Positions 1 to 9,006 of a stretch of DNA of 64,000 nucleotides are shown piece by piece. Within the stretch, counting starts at the first letter, position 1. Each line of letters begins with the position of its first letter. The DNA lies in the NCBI GenBank assembly GCA_018669975.1, contig JABHSK010000001.1, positions 152,394 to 216,393 of the forward strand, in the 5' to 3' direction. Both the position numbers and the translations under genes were made by a program. This DNA comes from Candidatus Parcubacteria bacterium. Its GTDB lineage: Bacteria > Patescibacteriota > Patescibacteriia > UBA1558 > GWA2-36-10. Below the pieces are notes generated by a model. The model did not search any database. It had not been told where the DNA came from and was given only the letters and a program-made list of their open reading frames with translations.

Positions 1-611
1 TCATCCAACATTAAATCAGTTTGTGCAGAAAATTTACTTACAAATTCTTTTGCTTGTTTATTTTTGGGATATTTTAAACCATTACCATCCTTTTTTGAAT
101 ACCCTACGTCCTCTAATATTGAAACTAGTGCTATTATAAAAAAATTCCTTATTTTTTTGGATTTAATACCTAATATTATAGTTCTTACTTTTAATATATT
201 ATCTAAATTCTCTCTAAAGACCTTTTCTAATATAGATAATTTAATATTATTTACTTTTTTAACTTTAGTGTAATCACTTAATATAAATTTTTTGGTACTA
301 ATAATATTTTTTATGTCATTTTTATTATAATCCGTTATTTTAACTACAGATAATAAATGTAAAAATGGATTAATTTCAAATCCATAATATTTATATCCTA
401 TTTCTTTAGCTGCTAGTGATGTTGTTCCTGAACCATTAAAAAAATCCACAATATATCCTTCTTTAACATCTAACTGCTTAATTATTGCGAATACTAATTC
501 TTTTGAGTAACCTTCTTTAATTTTGAACCAACGGTGTACCCTCTCTTCGTGGTTCTGGCTAAAATTGACTAAATTAGAAAACTTACTATTTTTTTTTATT
601 TCTATATTCAC
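1..611 (-). CDS. Partial or possibly degenerate DNA methyltransferase-like ORF. It carries the AdoMet-binding FxGSGTT motif region followed by a >180-aa extension, and runs off the window start. It has no ATG, and a TGA lies immediately upstream of a candidate GTG at 611..609.
   Basis: Minus-strand translation reads ...VHRWFKIKEGYSKELVFAIIKQLDVKEGYIVDFFNGSGTTSLAAKEIGYKYYGFEINP..., which resembles the C-terminal motif I region of beta-class N6A/N4C MTases. It is not in the ORF track because it has no ATG or in-window stop. Confidence 0.4.
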   Translation of the reverse strand, partial: MNIEIKKNSKFSNLVNFSQNHEERVHRWFKIKEGYSKELVFAIIKQLDVKEGYIVDFFNGSGTTSLAAKEIGYKYYGFEINPFLHLLSVVKITDYNKNDIKNIISTKKFILSDYTKVKKVNNIKLSILEKVFRENLDNILKVRTIILGIKSKKIRNFFIIALVSILEDVGYSKKDGNGLKYPKNKQAKEFVSKFSAQTDLMLD

Positions 612-736
612 TGTATAATCTCAATATTTAATTATTATTGTAATAATAACACATTTATTAATTAAAAAAAATAGCTTTTATTATTATGATTTTTATATTA
701 TAAACTAATAAAAAACTATCTTTTATCTCATTAAAA

Positions 737-1630
737 CTACAAATTATTCAAAGGATGCTTCGTCATTTGTCCACGTAAATGCTCTACGCTAGCCGCTAGA
801 TATATAGTCGTAGTTTTGATGTCACTATGACCCAGCATTCTAGATAAAGAGTAAATATCGCACCCCCCTTCAAGCATTAAAGTAGCAAAAGTATGCCTAA
901 GCTTGTGAATGCTGAAATTTATACCCGATGCACCCTTTATCACCTGTACAAGCCGCTTTAGCCCTGTGGTACTAAATCCCATGTTACGATTCAAAGAAGC
1001 AAAAAATTCTGGGCAAGTTTTATTTAATCTTTGACGTTCTATTAGATATCTCCCAAGAGTCTCAGCTAAACTATCACAAATTGGCACTACCCTATCTTTA
1101 TTACCTTTCCCTTGTCTCACAAATAAAGATTTATTTTCTAAATCAATATCTGTTAGCTTAAGATCTAATAATTCTTTGCGCCTGATACCTGCAAATATAA
1201 AAGTAGAAAATATAGCATAATTCCTATAACGTAAAAAATGATACTTATGCGGGTAATTATATACTACCTCCAGTAACCTCATAGCCTCTTGTTTTGTCAG
1301 CTTTGGAGGTATCTTCTTCTCTAGCTTTGGCACCTCAATATCCATGGCTGGATTAGTCGTCATATGTCCATTTTCAATACACCAACGGAAGAATACTACG
1401 AGTGTCTTGTGGTAACAAATATAGCTATTTGACTTCCATTTAAGCTCTACACGACCGTTAAAGAAGTGATTACGAACATTGTCACCACTCACATCTTCTA
1501 TGTGGCTAATATCAGCTTGTTTACAATAAGCATTTATAGCATGCTTATAACGTCTAATTGTGGCTGGTGAATATCCTCTGATATGCAAAGAATAATCACA
1601 AAACCTTTTCAAAAGTGTTTGAATTTCCAT
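737..1630 (-). CDS. Tyrosine recombinase / phage-type integrase (Xer-like).
   Basis: The C-terminal catalytic region reads HKLRHTFATLMLEGG...LGHSDIKTTTIYL (R-H-R-Y family), and an N-terminal SAM-like domain is present. The likely true start is MEIQTLLKRF at 1630. The listed longer ORF runs into tRNA-Thr. Confidence 0.85.
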   Translation of the reverse strand: MEIQTLLKRFCDYSLHIRGYSPATIRRYKHAINAYCKQADISHIEDVSGDNVRNHFFNGRVELKWKSNSYICYHKTLVVFFRWCIENGHMTTNPAMDIEVPKLEKKIPPKLTKQEAMRLLEVVYNYPHKYHFLRYRNYAIFSTFIFAGIRRKELLDLKLTDIDLENKSLFVRQGKGNKDRVVPICDSLAETLGRYLIERQRLNKTCPEFFASLNRNMGFSTTGLKRLVQVIKGASGINFSIHKLRHTFATLMLEGGCDIYSLSRMLGHSDIKTTTIYLAASVEHLRGQMTKHPLNNL

Positions 1631-1669
1631 AAACAAAAAACTACAATTATTAAATTGCAGTACTTTTTC

Positions 1670-1745
1670 TGGAGCCGTCGTCGAGACTTGAACTCGAGAC
1701 CCCCACCTTACCATGGTGGTGCTCTACCAACTGAGCTACGACGGC
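1670..1745 (-). tRNA. tRNA-Thr (anticodon GGT).
   Basis: The reverse complement folds as a cloverleaf: acceptor gccgtcg/cgacggc, anticodon loop atGGTaa, T-loop ttcaagt, CCA encoded. It abuts the integrase start. Confidence 0.85.
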
Positions 1746-1862
1746 ATAAATTATATTATAAACTTACTGATCCGCAGGTCTGTTTTTGTATTAAACAGGT
1801 CGCTTTTTTTAGTTTTTTACTATTTTTATTGCTCTAAAGTTACTTTTACACAGCTCTGTTTA

Positions 1863-1899
1863 TTACCATGGAAGTGCTCTACCACTGAGCTATGACGGC
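1863..1899 (-). pseudogene. 5' half of a tRNA-Thr(GGT)-like sequence (acceptor 5' strand, D-arm, anticodon stem 5' side plus an atGGTaa loop). It lacks the 3' half and is a tRNA remnant or att-like duplication.
   Basis: The fragment gccgtcatagctcagtggtagagcacttccatggtaa (revcomp) sits about 120 nt upstream of the intact tRNA-Thr and diverges in the anticodon stem. Confidence 0.5.
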
Positions 1900-2138
1900 T
1901 TGATCAAATTTTCTTTATCAATTCTAGATAGTTTCTTTATTTCAGCTTCCCTCTTCATAGCTTCACTCATGGTCTTGAACTCTTCTGAATAAACTATTTT
2001 AACTGGTCTTCTATGCCTAGTGTATTTAGCACCTTCTCCTGAGTTATGCTTATCTTCCCTATCTTTGAGATCAACAGTGTAGCCAGTATAAAGAGTTTCA
2101 TCTTTACACTTAGCTATATACACATAATATTTCTTCAT
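1890..2138 (-). CDS. GIY-YIG nuclease superfamily protein (UPF0213/YhbQ-like).
   Basis: YYVYIAKCKDETLYTGYTVDLKDREDKHNSG...AKYTRHRRPVKIVYSEEF matches the small GIY-YIG family. Confidence 0.8.
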   Translation of the reverse strand: MKKYYVYIAKCKDETLYTGYTVDLKDREDKHNSGEGAKYTRHRRPVKIVYSEEFKTMSEAMKREAEIKKLSRIDKENLIKPS

Positions 2139-2157
2139 TGCTCTTTATTTTAAATGG

Positions 2158-2240
2158 TGGGCCGGGAGGGATTCGAACCCCCGAAGGCGAAGCCAGCAGG
2201 TTTACAGCCTGCCCCGTTTGACCGCTTCGGTACCGACCCA
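2158..2240 (-). tRNA. tRNA-Tyr (anticodon GTA) with a long variable arm.
   Basis: The revcomp has acceptor gggtcgg/ccggccc, anticodon stem gcagg/cctgc with loop ctGTAaa, a long variable arm and T-loop ttcgaat. Confidence 0.8.
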
Positions 2241-2292
2241 TAAAATGAATTAACAGCTGACAATCCTAGGGTCAACTGCTATGACAAAAAAT

Positions 2293-3180
2293 TTACTTTA
2301 AATTATCAATGCGCTCGATAAAGCTCAAAATCTTATTGTTGTCTGGATTTACTTCTTTTAATCTTTCTAAATACTGTTGAGCTAACTCTTTGTCTTGCAT
2401 AATTATACTAATATTTATCAAAAAGTCAAGTATCTTAGGGTTGTTTGGTGAAAGCACTAGAGCTCTTTGGGCTATTTTAAAAGCCTTATCCTCTTCTTCT
2501 AAGTCTAGGTATACTTCTGCCAAAGACAAGAAATGTAAATAATTATCATCTGACAGAGAAATAGATTTGATATAATCTTCCTCAGCCTGTTTAAGGTTTC
2601 CTCTTTCTCTGGCAATATTAGCTAAAGAAGAATATATACCAGCGTCTGCATTGTGGGTTATTTTCAAAAGATATTCCAAGGTCTCTTTGGCTTGGACAAA
2701 CTCCTTACGACAACGGTAGACTTCAGCTAATAATTTATAGGCATCAACATTGTGTTGTTCAACACTGACAGCATCTAGCAAAATATCTTCTGCTTTTTTA
2801 TACTCTTCACTATTTACCAATTGCTTGGCCTCTGTGATCATTTCTTCCACTGCCTGTGATTTATCTACAGCTGAAGAAAGTTGCTGATGTCCCCTACGTT
2901 TAAGGTCCTTCTCAACGCTCTTTAATTTATTATAGTATTGTTTGAATATATTATTAACTTTGTCTTGTGTTGGTGCTGTTAGACCCTTGGCTTTATTCCA
3001 TAATTCTAACCAACCTCGAAGCATCCTACTTTTAAGTATTGCTTCTTTTTGTCTTTGTACACGGATATCAGGAAGACTATCCACATTAACATTAGTTAAT
3101 AGTGGAAATTTTTTAAGCAGTGACCAGATAATAAATATCAACGCTACTACGGCAATTCCTATGAGAATAATATCAAACAT
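2293..3180 (-). CDS. Membrane-anchored TPR-repeat protein.
   Basis: An N-terminal transmembrane helix is followed by multiple TPR-like repeats. Confidence 0.7.
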   Translation of the reverse strand: MFDIILIGIAVVALIFIIWSLLKKFPLLTNVNVDSLPDIRVQRQKEAILKSRMLRGWLELWNKAKGLTAPTQDKVNNIFKQYYNKLKSVEKDLKRRGHQQLSSAVDKSQAVEEMITEAKQLVNSEEYKKAEDILLDAVSVEQHNVDAYKLLAEVYRCRKEFVQAKETLEYLLKITHNADAGIYSSLANIARERGNLKQAEEDYIKSISLSDDNYLHFLSLAEVYLDLEEEDKAFKIAQRALVLSPNNPKILDFLINISIIMQDKELAQQYLERLKEVNPDNNKILSFIERIDNLK

Positions 3181-3183
3181 AAA

Positions 3184-4059
3184 TTAAGCTTTATTTTTGC
3201 TACCAAAAATTCTAATTGTTTTAACCACCTCGGCTTGCATAGCCTCGGTAGATGGCGCTAATATTTTACGAGGATCAACCATACTGGTATCTCTGTTTGT
3301 ATCTACATGCTTTATCAAAGCCTTTTTAAAGGCTAATCGTAAATTAGTATCAATATTGATAACTGAAACACCATTCTTTATGGCCTGTTTAAAAACCTTG
3401 GTCTGCAAACCTGATCCACCATGTAAGACCAGTGGAACTTTAACTGAAGCTACGATTTTTTTCAAGCGTCTTTGGTCCACCTTCTCAATACCTTTGAAAT
3501 GACCGTGAATAGTCCCAACTGATATTGCTAGAGTGTCTACTTTTGTTTTAGCCACAAAATCAATAGCCTGCTGAGGATCGGTCATCAAATCTTTCATGTT
3601 GATCTCCCCAGTTTCTAATTTAACCATACCTTCTTTACCTAAAATAGACCCTAGTTCTGCCTGACACCAAATACCTTTTTTGTGAGCTGCAACAGCAGCC
3701 TGTTTGCTCATACGAACATTGGTGGCATAGTCTTTTTCTGAAGCATCCATGTGAACAGAGTTATAGCCAACATTAATACAATCTTTAACAATGGGCCAAT
3801 TTTTGCCGTGATCCAAATGTATAGCTATAGGCACAGACTTACCTACAGTATTAGCTAAATTAGTAATAACACCAAAAATGGTCTTTAGGTTTGAATATTT
3901 TATAGCTGACTCTGAAGTCTGAATAATTACCGGGGATTTTTCCTGCACCGCTGCCCGAACAATAGCCATGGTAATTTCAAGATTGGAAGTATTGAAAGCT
4001 CCCACAGCATACTTACCAGCTTTAGCTTTTGTTATAATTTGTTTAATTGGTACGATCAT
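3184..4059 (-). CDS. fba: Fructose-bisphosphate aldolase, class II.
   Basis: MIVPIKQIITKAKAGKYAVGAFN..., an HLDHG motif and the class II FBA/tagatose-bisphosphate aldolase family fold. Confidence 0.85.
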   Translation of the reverse strand: MIVPIKQIITKAKAGKYAVGAFNTSNLEITMAIVRAAVQEKSPVIIQTSESAIKYSNLKTIFGVITNLANTVGKSVPIAIHLDHGKNWPIVKDCINVGYNSVHMDASEKDYATNVRMSKQAAVAAHKKGIWCQAELGSILGKEGMVKLETGEINMKDLMTDPQQAIDFVAKTKVDTLAISVGTIHGHFKGIEKVDQRRLKKIVASVKVPLVLHGGSGLQTKVFKQAIKNGVSVINIDTNLRLAFKKALIKHVDTNRDTSMVDPRKILAPSTEAMQAEVVKTIRIFGSKNKA

Positions 4060-4068
4060 ATTTTTGTT

Positions 4069-4836
4069 TTAAGCATTTTTAACTAACTCAGCAAAAACTT
4101 TGCCGTCTAGGCTGGCACCGCCAACTAAAACTCCTTTGATATTTTTTAAATTAGTAAACCGACTAACTGTATCCGGCGTCACACTACCTCCATAGATAAT
4201 ATTGAGAGATGATAAATGTTCACCATTCATAGCATCAACAAAACTCTGATAAACAATATCTGACATACGATCAGCTTCTTTGTCATCAATAACTTGTCCA
4301 GAACCAATTACCCAAACAGGTTCGTAGGCTAAAATAATTTGCTGACCCTCTTTGATTTTTACATCTTTGAGTGCCTCATAGACTTGGTGGATAACCACGA
4401 AGTTTGTTTTTTCTTCTTTACGTTCGTCATAGGTTTCACCTACACAAATAATAGGCACCATATCATGCTCTAATACTGCTTTAACTTTAGCGTTGATACT
4501 AGCGTCCGTTTCTCCCATAGCTCGTCTTTCTGAATGTCCTAAAATTACAAACTGACAACCGAGTATTTGTAGATTCTTTAGAGAAACCTCGCCAGTATGT
4601 GCACCGCTATCTCCAGGATAAGTATCCTGTGCTCCCAATAATACATCTGGGGTCTTGAAAACTTTAGAAACTTCACTCATAGACAAAAAACTAGGACAAA
4701 CTACCACTTTAGTTTCTTTGTCTATTTTATTTTTCTTAACTAGACTTTTTAATTCCTTAGCCTCTTCAACAGCCTGATCGACTGTCAACTGCATTTTCCA
4801 GTTGGCTATTATTATTTTTTCAAAAGATTTATCCAT
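4069..4836 (-). CDS. tpiA: Triosephosphate isomerase.
   Basis: IIANWKMQ, GHSERR and AYEPVWVIGSG motifs are all present. Confidence 0.9.
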   Translation of the reverse strand: MDKSFEKIIIANWKMQLTVDQAVEEAKELKSLVKKNKIDKETKVVVCPSFLSMSEVSKVFKTPDVLLGAQDTYPGDSGAHTGEVSLKNLQILGCQFVILGHSERRAMGETDASINAKVKAVLEHDMVPIICVGETYDERKEEKTNFVVIHQVYEALKDVKIKEGQQIILAYEPVWVIGSGQVIDDKEADRMSDIVYQSFVDAMNGEHLSSLNIIYGGSVTPDTVSRFTNLKNIKGVLVGGASLDGKVFAELVKNA

Positions 4837-5323
4837 AATATTGAAATATATTACTAATTCCTAAGGTTAATAAAGTGACAATCACGCCTGATATAATAGC
4901 GCCGAGGGCTATAAATAAAAAGGCTGATCTTTTTTCTATCCCAAATAACCAAGCGGCCAATGAACCTGTCCAAACACCGGTAACTGGCAAGGGTATGGCC
5001 ACAAATATCATCAAAGCTATACTGCCCCAAATATCATACTTATGTGCAAACCTCTTACGCGTACGGTTGAACAACCAGTCAAAAAACTTTTTTGCCCACT
5101 TAAAATGTTTTATCAAATACTTTGAAACAGGCTCTATCAAATAAATAATGAACACCGCTGGAACAAAAGCACCTAAAACTGACAAACCAAATGCCTGCCA
5201 AATTGGCAAAGCAAAATTTTCTAAAGCTATCGGAATAGACGCTCTAAGTTCTGCAATTGGCAGCATGGCCAACAAAAATGTAGCTAGCTGCGGTGATATA
5301 TGATTAATCCACTCCAAATCCAT
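4829..5323 (-). CDS. Hypothetical polytopic membrane protein (possibly small-multidrug-export-like, PF06695-like).
   Basis: Four predicted transmembrane segments and an ELRASIP motif. Confidence 0.45.
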   Translation of the reverse strand: MDLEWINHISPQLATFLLAMLPIAELRASIPIALENFALPIWQAFGLSVLGAFVPAVFIIYLIEPVSKYLIKHFKWAKKFFDWLFNRTRKRFAHKYDIWGSIALMIFVAIPLPVTGVWTGSLAAWLFGIEKRSAFLFIALGAIISGVIVTLLTLGISNIFQYYG

Positions 5324-5353
5324 AACTATAATTATTATAAAACAGAAATACTA

Positions 5354-6283
5354 TTAATGCCAGGCAAAATTTTCAAAAACCCAAGTTGATAAAGCCTTTA
5401 GATCTTGAAAACGATCTGCGTTTGTATCAGAGCCCAAAACTACCGAGATAATCTCTATACCGTCATGCCCATCGATCTCTGCTACCAAACAATATCCAGC
5501 TGAATTTATATGACCAGTTTTACCAGCACTAATATCTAAATAAGAACCTAATAAATAATTAGTTGAATGTATCTTGTGCAACTTACCACTAATAGCTTGG
5601 AAACTGTAAGTACGATGAGTTGTTGCCTCTCGGATATCCTCTTGAGCAAAAGCGACTTGAGCCAAATCAATAATCTCCAGGGCTGTAGAAACATTATAAT
5701 CTGACAGACCAGTGACATCCACAAAATGTGTATTTACCAAGCCCAAAGCATCTGCTTTTTTATTCATCAGGTCTAAAAACTTTTCTTTGCCTATGCCAGT
5801 ACTACGCACTAAAGCATTGGCGCTATTGTTATCAGAGGAAATTAAAGCAGTATAAAACAAGTTCTTAACAGTCACTACTTCACCTCGCAAAATATCTGGA
5901 CTACCACCATTGGCCTCATCTTTGATATCCATGGTCACCTGTGTATTCCAGCCAGGATTATTTTCTAAAAAAACCATAACTGTCATTAACTTGGTGATAC
6001 TAGCCAATGATCTAACTTCCTCAGAGTTTTTTTGCCACAAAATAGTGCCGGTAGCCTTATCCATAACAGCCGCTGCCTCAGCTGTTATTTTAACTCCCAT
6101 GGAATTATTATTTATTTTAAATGGTACTGCAACTGTATCGGCTGACAAAATCTTATCTGACAAAACAGCCTGCGTACCACTATCTGTTTCGGTAATTGTA
6201 ATAGTTGGTAAATGAAAAGACGGAGATGATGATAATCCCAGTGACGCTACTAATATAGAAATTACTGCCCACAAATTTATCAT
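5354..6283 (-). CDS. Serine-type D-Ala-D-Ala carboxypeptidase (PBP5/DacA-like).
   Basis: Signal peptide; SITK (SxxK), SDN (SxN) and KTG motifs. Confidence 0.8.
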   Translation of the reverse strand: MINLWAVISILVASLGLSSSPSFHLPTITITETDSGTQAVLSDKILSADTVAVPFKINNNSMGVKITAEAAAVMDKATGTILWQKNSEEVRSLASITKLMTVMVFLENNPGWNTQVTMDIKDEANGGSPDILRGEVVTVKNLFYTALISSDNNSANALVRSTGIGKEKFLDLMNKKADALGLVNTHFVDVTGLSDYNVSTALEIIDLAQVAFAQEDIREATTHRTYSFQAISGKLHKIHSTNYLLGSYLDISAGKTGHINSAGYCLVAEIDGHDGIEIISVVLGSDTNADRFQDLKALSTWVFENFAWH

Positions 6284-6966
6284 TATAGTATATCTTCCTT
6301 ACTTAAAATCTTGTACTCTCCTGAAGCTAAACGATCTAATTTTAACTTCCCCTCTGCTATCCTAGTCAAAGTAGTCACTCTATAGCCTAACTCTTCTAGC
6401 ATACGCCTAATCTGCCGTTTCCAGCCCTGATGAATAGACATTACAAACTCACGATCATTAAATATCTCCACCTTGTCGGCTTGAGCCAGACCTTCTTCCA
6501 GATACACGCCTTGTTTGAGAGCTGGCAACAATGTTTTATTTATTTTTTTATTAACTTTAACTAAATATGTTTTCCTAACTTCAAATTTTGGATGAGTTAT
6601 TTTATAAGCTAGGTCTCCATCATTGGTTAAAAGTAATAAACCCTGTGAATTTTTATCTAACCTACCAACTGGAAAAACTTTTGGTCGTTTAGGTACTAAA
6701 GATAAAACTGTTTCAGGATTATATGGATCTTTGACTGAGCAAATATAACCAGTTGGCTTGTTTAACAAATAATAAACTTTGACCTCAGCAGATACGGGTC
6801 TACCAGACACCTCAATATTTGGACTATCTGCATCAACACTAGTAGCTACATCTTCAACTACCTGCCCATCTATTTTAACTTTGCCTTGTTTAATGAGCTC
6901 TTCGGCATTACGTCGAGAAGCTACTCCGGCAGCAGATAAAAATTTAGCTAAACGAATCTTCTTCAT
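6283..6966 (-). CDS. rluB: rRNA pseudouridine synthase (RsuA/RluB family) with an S4 domain.
   Basis: S4 domain (RLAKFLSAAGVASRR) plus the catalytic VGRLDKNSQGLLLLTNDG region. Confidence 0.8.
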   Translation of the reverse strand: MKKIRLAKFLSAAGVASRRNAEELIKQGKVKIDGQVVEDVATSVDADSPNIEVSGRPVSAEVKVYYLLNKPTGYICSVKDPYNPETVLSLVPKRPKVFPVGRLDKNSQGLLLLTNDGDLAYKITHPKFEVRKTYLVKVNKKINKTLLPALKQGVYLEEGLAQADKVEIFNDREFVMSIHQGWKRQIRRMLEELGYRVTTLTRIAEGKLKLDRLASGEYKILSKEDIL

Positions 6967-7537
6967 TTTTTTGAACTTCTTTATTTTCTTCAGGTAATTC
7001 TGTTTGTAATAGGGTTTGTAAATTTTCGTTACTGTTTAGCTTTTCATAATCGGGCAATTCTTCCGCTGAATTAACTCCTAGATGCTGCAAGAAATCTATA
7101 GTTAAAGAATATGTGGTCACCAAGTCTGCTTTCTTTTCCTGAGCCTCTATAAAACCCCTAATAAGTAAATTTCTTAAAATCAAACTACAGTTAACTCCTC
7201 TAATCTGCTCCAATTCTTCTTTACTGACTGGTTGTCTATAGGCAATAATAGTCAAAGTTTCTAAAGATGGCTTCGTTAATTCACTAGTAATCTGATCTTT
7301 AAAATACTCCCGCAAAATTTTAGCGTTTTTGGGATTAGTTGTTAATTGAATTTTTTTATTATTAACAGCCACATGTATACCGCAATCATCCTGATTGTAT
7401 TTTTCCTGCAAATCCTTGATGGCTTGTTCCACCTCTTTATCTTCGACAGATAAAAGCTTAGGCAAATCTTTAATAGCCAAAGGTTTGCCAACTGCTAATA
7501 ATAAACTTTCTAAGCCTGATAAAATATTTTTATCCAT
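6944..7537 (-). CDS. scpB: Segregation and condensation protein B.
   Basis: The ScpB winged-helix signature LETLTIIAYRQPVSKEELEQIRGV. Confidence 0.85.
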   Translation of the reverse strand: MDKNILSGLESLLLAVGKPLAIKDLPKLLSVEDKEVEQAIKDLQEKYNQDDCGIHVAVNNKKIQLTTNPKNAKILREYFKDQITSELTKPSLETLTIIAYRQPVSKEELEQIRGVNCSLILRNLLIRGFIEAQEKKADLVTTYSLTIDFLQHLGVNSAEELPDYEKLNSNENLQTLLQTELPEENKEVQKNEEDSFS

Positions 7538-7542
7538 ACGAA

Positions 7543-8250
7543 TTATTTTCTGTTTTTATTAATATTTAAATCACCGAATCTCTCACCTTGATAAACCTCA
7601 ATCTCTTCCTGTTTAACTAATTCTAACATTGCTAAAAAACTAACAACGACTTCGGTTTTGTCTTTTTTTTCTTTAAACAAACTACGAAAAGTAAAATTTG
7701 TTTTATCTTTAATAATATCTTTAATATGTCTAATTTTTTCACTGATAGAAATAGCTTTGGCCATTACTATTTTTGGTAAATTGACCACACGTTCTATTCT
7801 ACCCAACACATCCTTGAAAGCCGCTGCCAAACTAGTTTGGTCAACATTTGTTGGTGCAATAAACTCCTCGGAGGTGTCTAACTTAAAAGGTGTTGATCTA
7901 GTATATGAATGTTTATTTTTATTAACAAACATTTTATTCAGTTTTTTACTAGCCTCATAATACTGCCTATAAATCTTGAGTTGCTTTTCTAAATCCAAAC
8001 CATCATCTTCACCTTCCATAGAAAAATCAGGCAACAACTGCTTTGACTTTAAATAAATCAATTTTGAGGCAATTAATAAAAAATCAGCTACCTCTTCGGA
8101 AGCTAAATTTTCTGAATTTTCAATATGATCCAGATATTGATCTGTCACATTGGCCAAAGAGATTTCTGTAATCTGCAATTCGTTCTTTTCTATCAACTGC
8201 AACAACAAATCTAATGGACCTTCAAATTGCTCTAATTGTATTTTATGCAT
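7543..8250 (-). CDS. scpA: Segregation and condensation protein A.
   Basis: LEQFEGPLDLLLQLIEKNELQITEISLANVTDQYL. The likely start is MHKIQ at 8250; the listed ORF extends to 8334. Confidence 0.85.
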   Translation of the reverse strand: MHKIQLEQFEGPLDLLLQLIEKNELQITEISLANVTDQYLDHIENSENLASEEVADFLLIASKLIYLKSKQLLPDFSMEGEDDGLDLEKQLKIYRQYYEASKKLNKMFVNKNKHSYTRSTPFKLDTSEEFIAPTNVDQTSLAAAFKDVLGRIERVVNLPKIVMAKAISISEKIRHIKDIIKDKTNFTFRSLFKEKKDKTEVVVSFLAMLELVKQEEIEVYQGERFGDLNINKNRK

Positions 8251-8529
8251 TATTTTATGATTTTTTAACAAAAATACATAGCTAATTATAGCATTTTTTA
8301 AGTATTTTTTCCAATAAAAAATGGGCCTCACCACCTATTACTCCTTGGAGTATTAGATGAGGGGCCCAGACGCTACTGAGAGTTCTATGGTAAGGAGGTG
8401 AACCACTCTAGTAGCGATAAAAAATGAGCTACAAATGACTCAGTAGATTAGTAAATTAAAGGACTTTTGTCAATGTTTATACTAGATTTAAAGCATATTT
8501 TAGCTAAAATTAGCAAAAAGAAAAAGCCC

Positions 8530-8905
8530 CTACTAAAAGTAGGGGCTCCACCGCAGGGACGGGGGGATTGGAGGGAGATCGTCCACTGCAGTGAGGCATT
8601 CGAATGCCATAGAAAGTGCTGTACTCTTATAATATACACTAAAATAATATTTTGTAAAAGAAAAACCCCTATCGTAGATAGGGGTCAACCGACAATAAGG
8701 GAAGACGGGTAGTTTCGTGGAAACCATCCTTTATTGCGGCTTGTGCTGCTGGGGGCGCAGCGGGCAAAAATATGGGGGGAATCCCGGCTTAATACAGCCG
8801 TAGCATGAGTCTCGTCTTTTCACGCTATGTGGGATCCCCCCGGGCAACCTCGTAGAGGCCTTTTAAGAGGCGCGGCGGAAAGGCCGTTCTACGAGGTGTT
8901 GTTTT
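8530..8905. ncRNA. Unclassified GC-rich structured RNA locus with several long hairpins. It may be one or two small RNAs; strand and family are unresolved.
   Basis: The block is ~55-60% GC in a ~30% GC intergenic region and has no ORF. It contains nested hairpins (GGGGGGAAUCCC...GGGAUCCCCCC; CCUCGUAGAGGCC...GGCCGUUCUACGAGG followed by a U-run) and minus-strand terminator-like hairpins at ~8530-8560 and ~8655-8683. Confidence 0.35.
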
Positions 8906-8967
8906 TTATAATGTGCAAATGCTAGAAAACATAGTACACCAAAAATAAAATCTTGTCAATAGCAAAA

Positions 8968-8998
8968 GCCCCACCTATAATGGTGGGGCTTTTTAAAC
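8968..8998. terminator. Bidirectional rho-independent terminator downstream of aspS.
   Basis: aaaagccccaccataatggtggggcttttt is a perfect GC-stem palindrome flanked by A/T runs. Confidence 0.6.
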
Positions 8999-9006
8999 AT
9001 ATTTCT

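Noticed and set aside
64-273. 69-aa plus-strand ORF at the window start.
   Set aside because: It is AT-rich and low-complexity, and it overlaps the much longer minus-strand methyltransferase-like frame. It has no RBS.
1583-1895. Small plus-strand ORFs overlapping tRNA-Thr and its flanks (1583-1837 and 1713-1895).
   Set aside because: They translate through tRNA sequence and AT-rich spacer. They are not coding.
8395-8420. Sequence taaggaggtgaacc, whose complement resembles the 16S rRNA 3' end (anti-SD).
   Set aside because: Only about 14 nt are involved and there is no flanking 16S-like sequence. Most likely this is just a strong SD motif or chance.
8448-8727. Three ORFs of 60-80 aa inside the structured-RNA region.
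   Set aside because: They are mutually overlapping with no RBS, and they lie within hairpin-rich GC sequence.
8530-8905. Attempted to classify the GC-rich block as RNase P RNA, tmRNA or SRP RNA.
   Set aside because: I found a P4-like AAGCCGGGAUUCC segment but no complementary P4 3' strand. I found no tRNA-like T-arm or acceptor and no tag-peptide frame ending in ALAA-stop. I found no SRP domain-IV GGAA/AGCAGC motif. It is left unclassified rather than forced.
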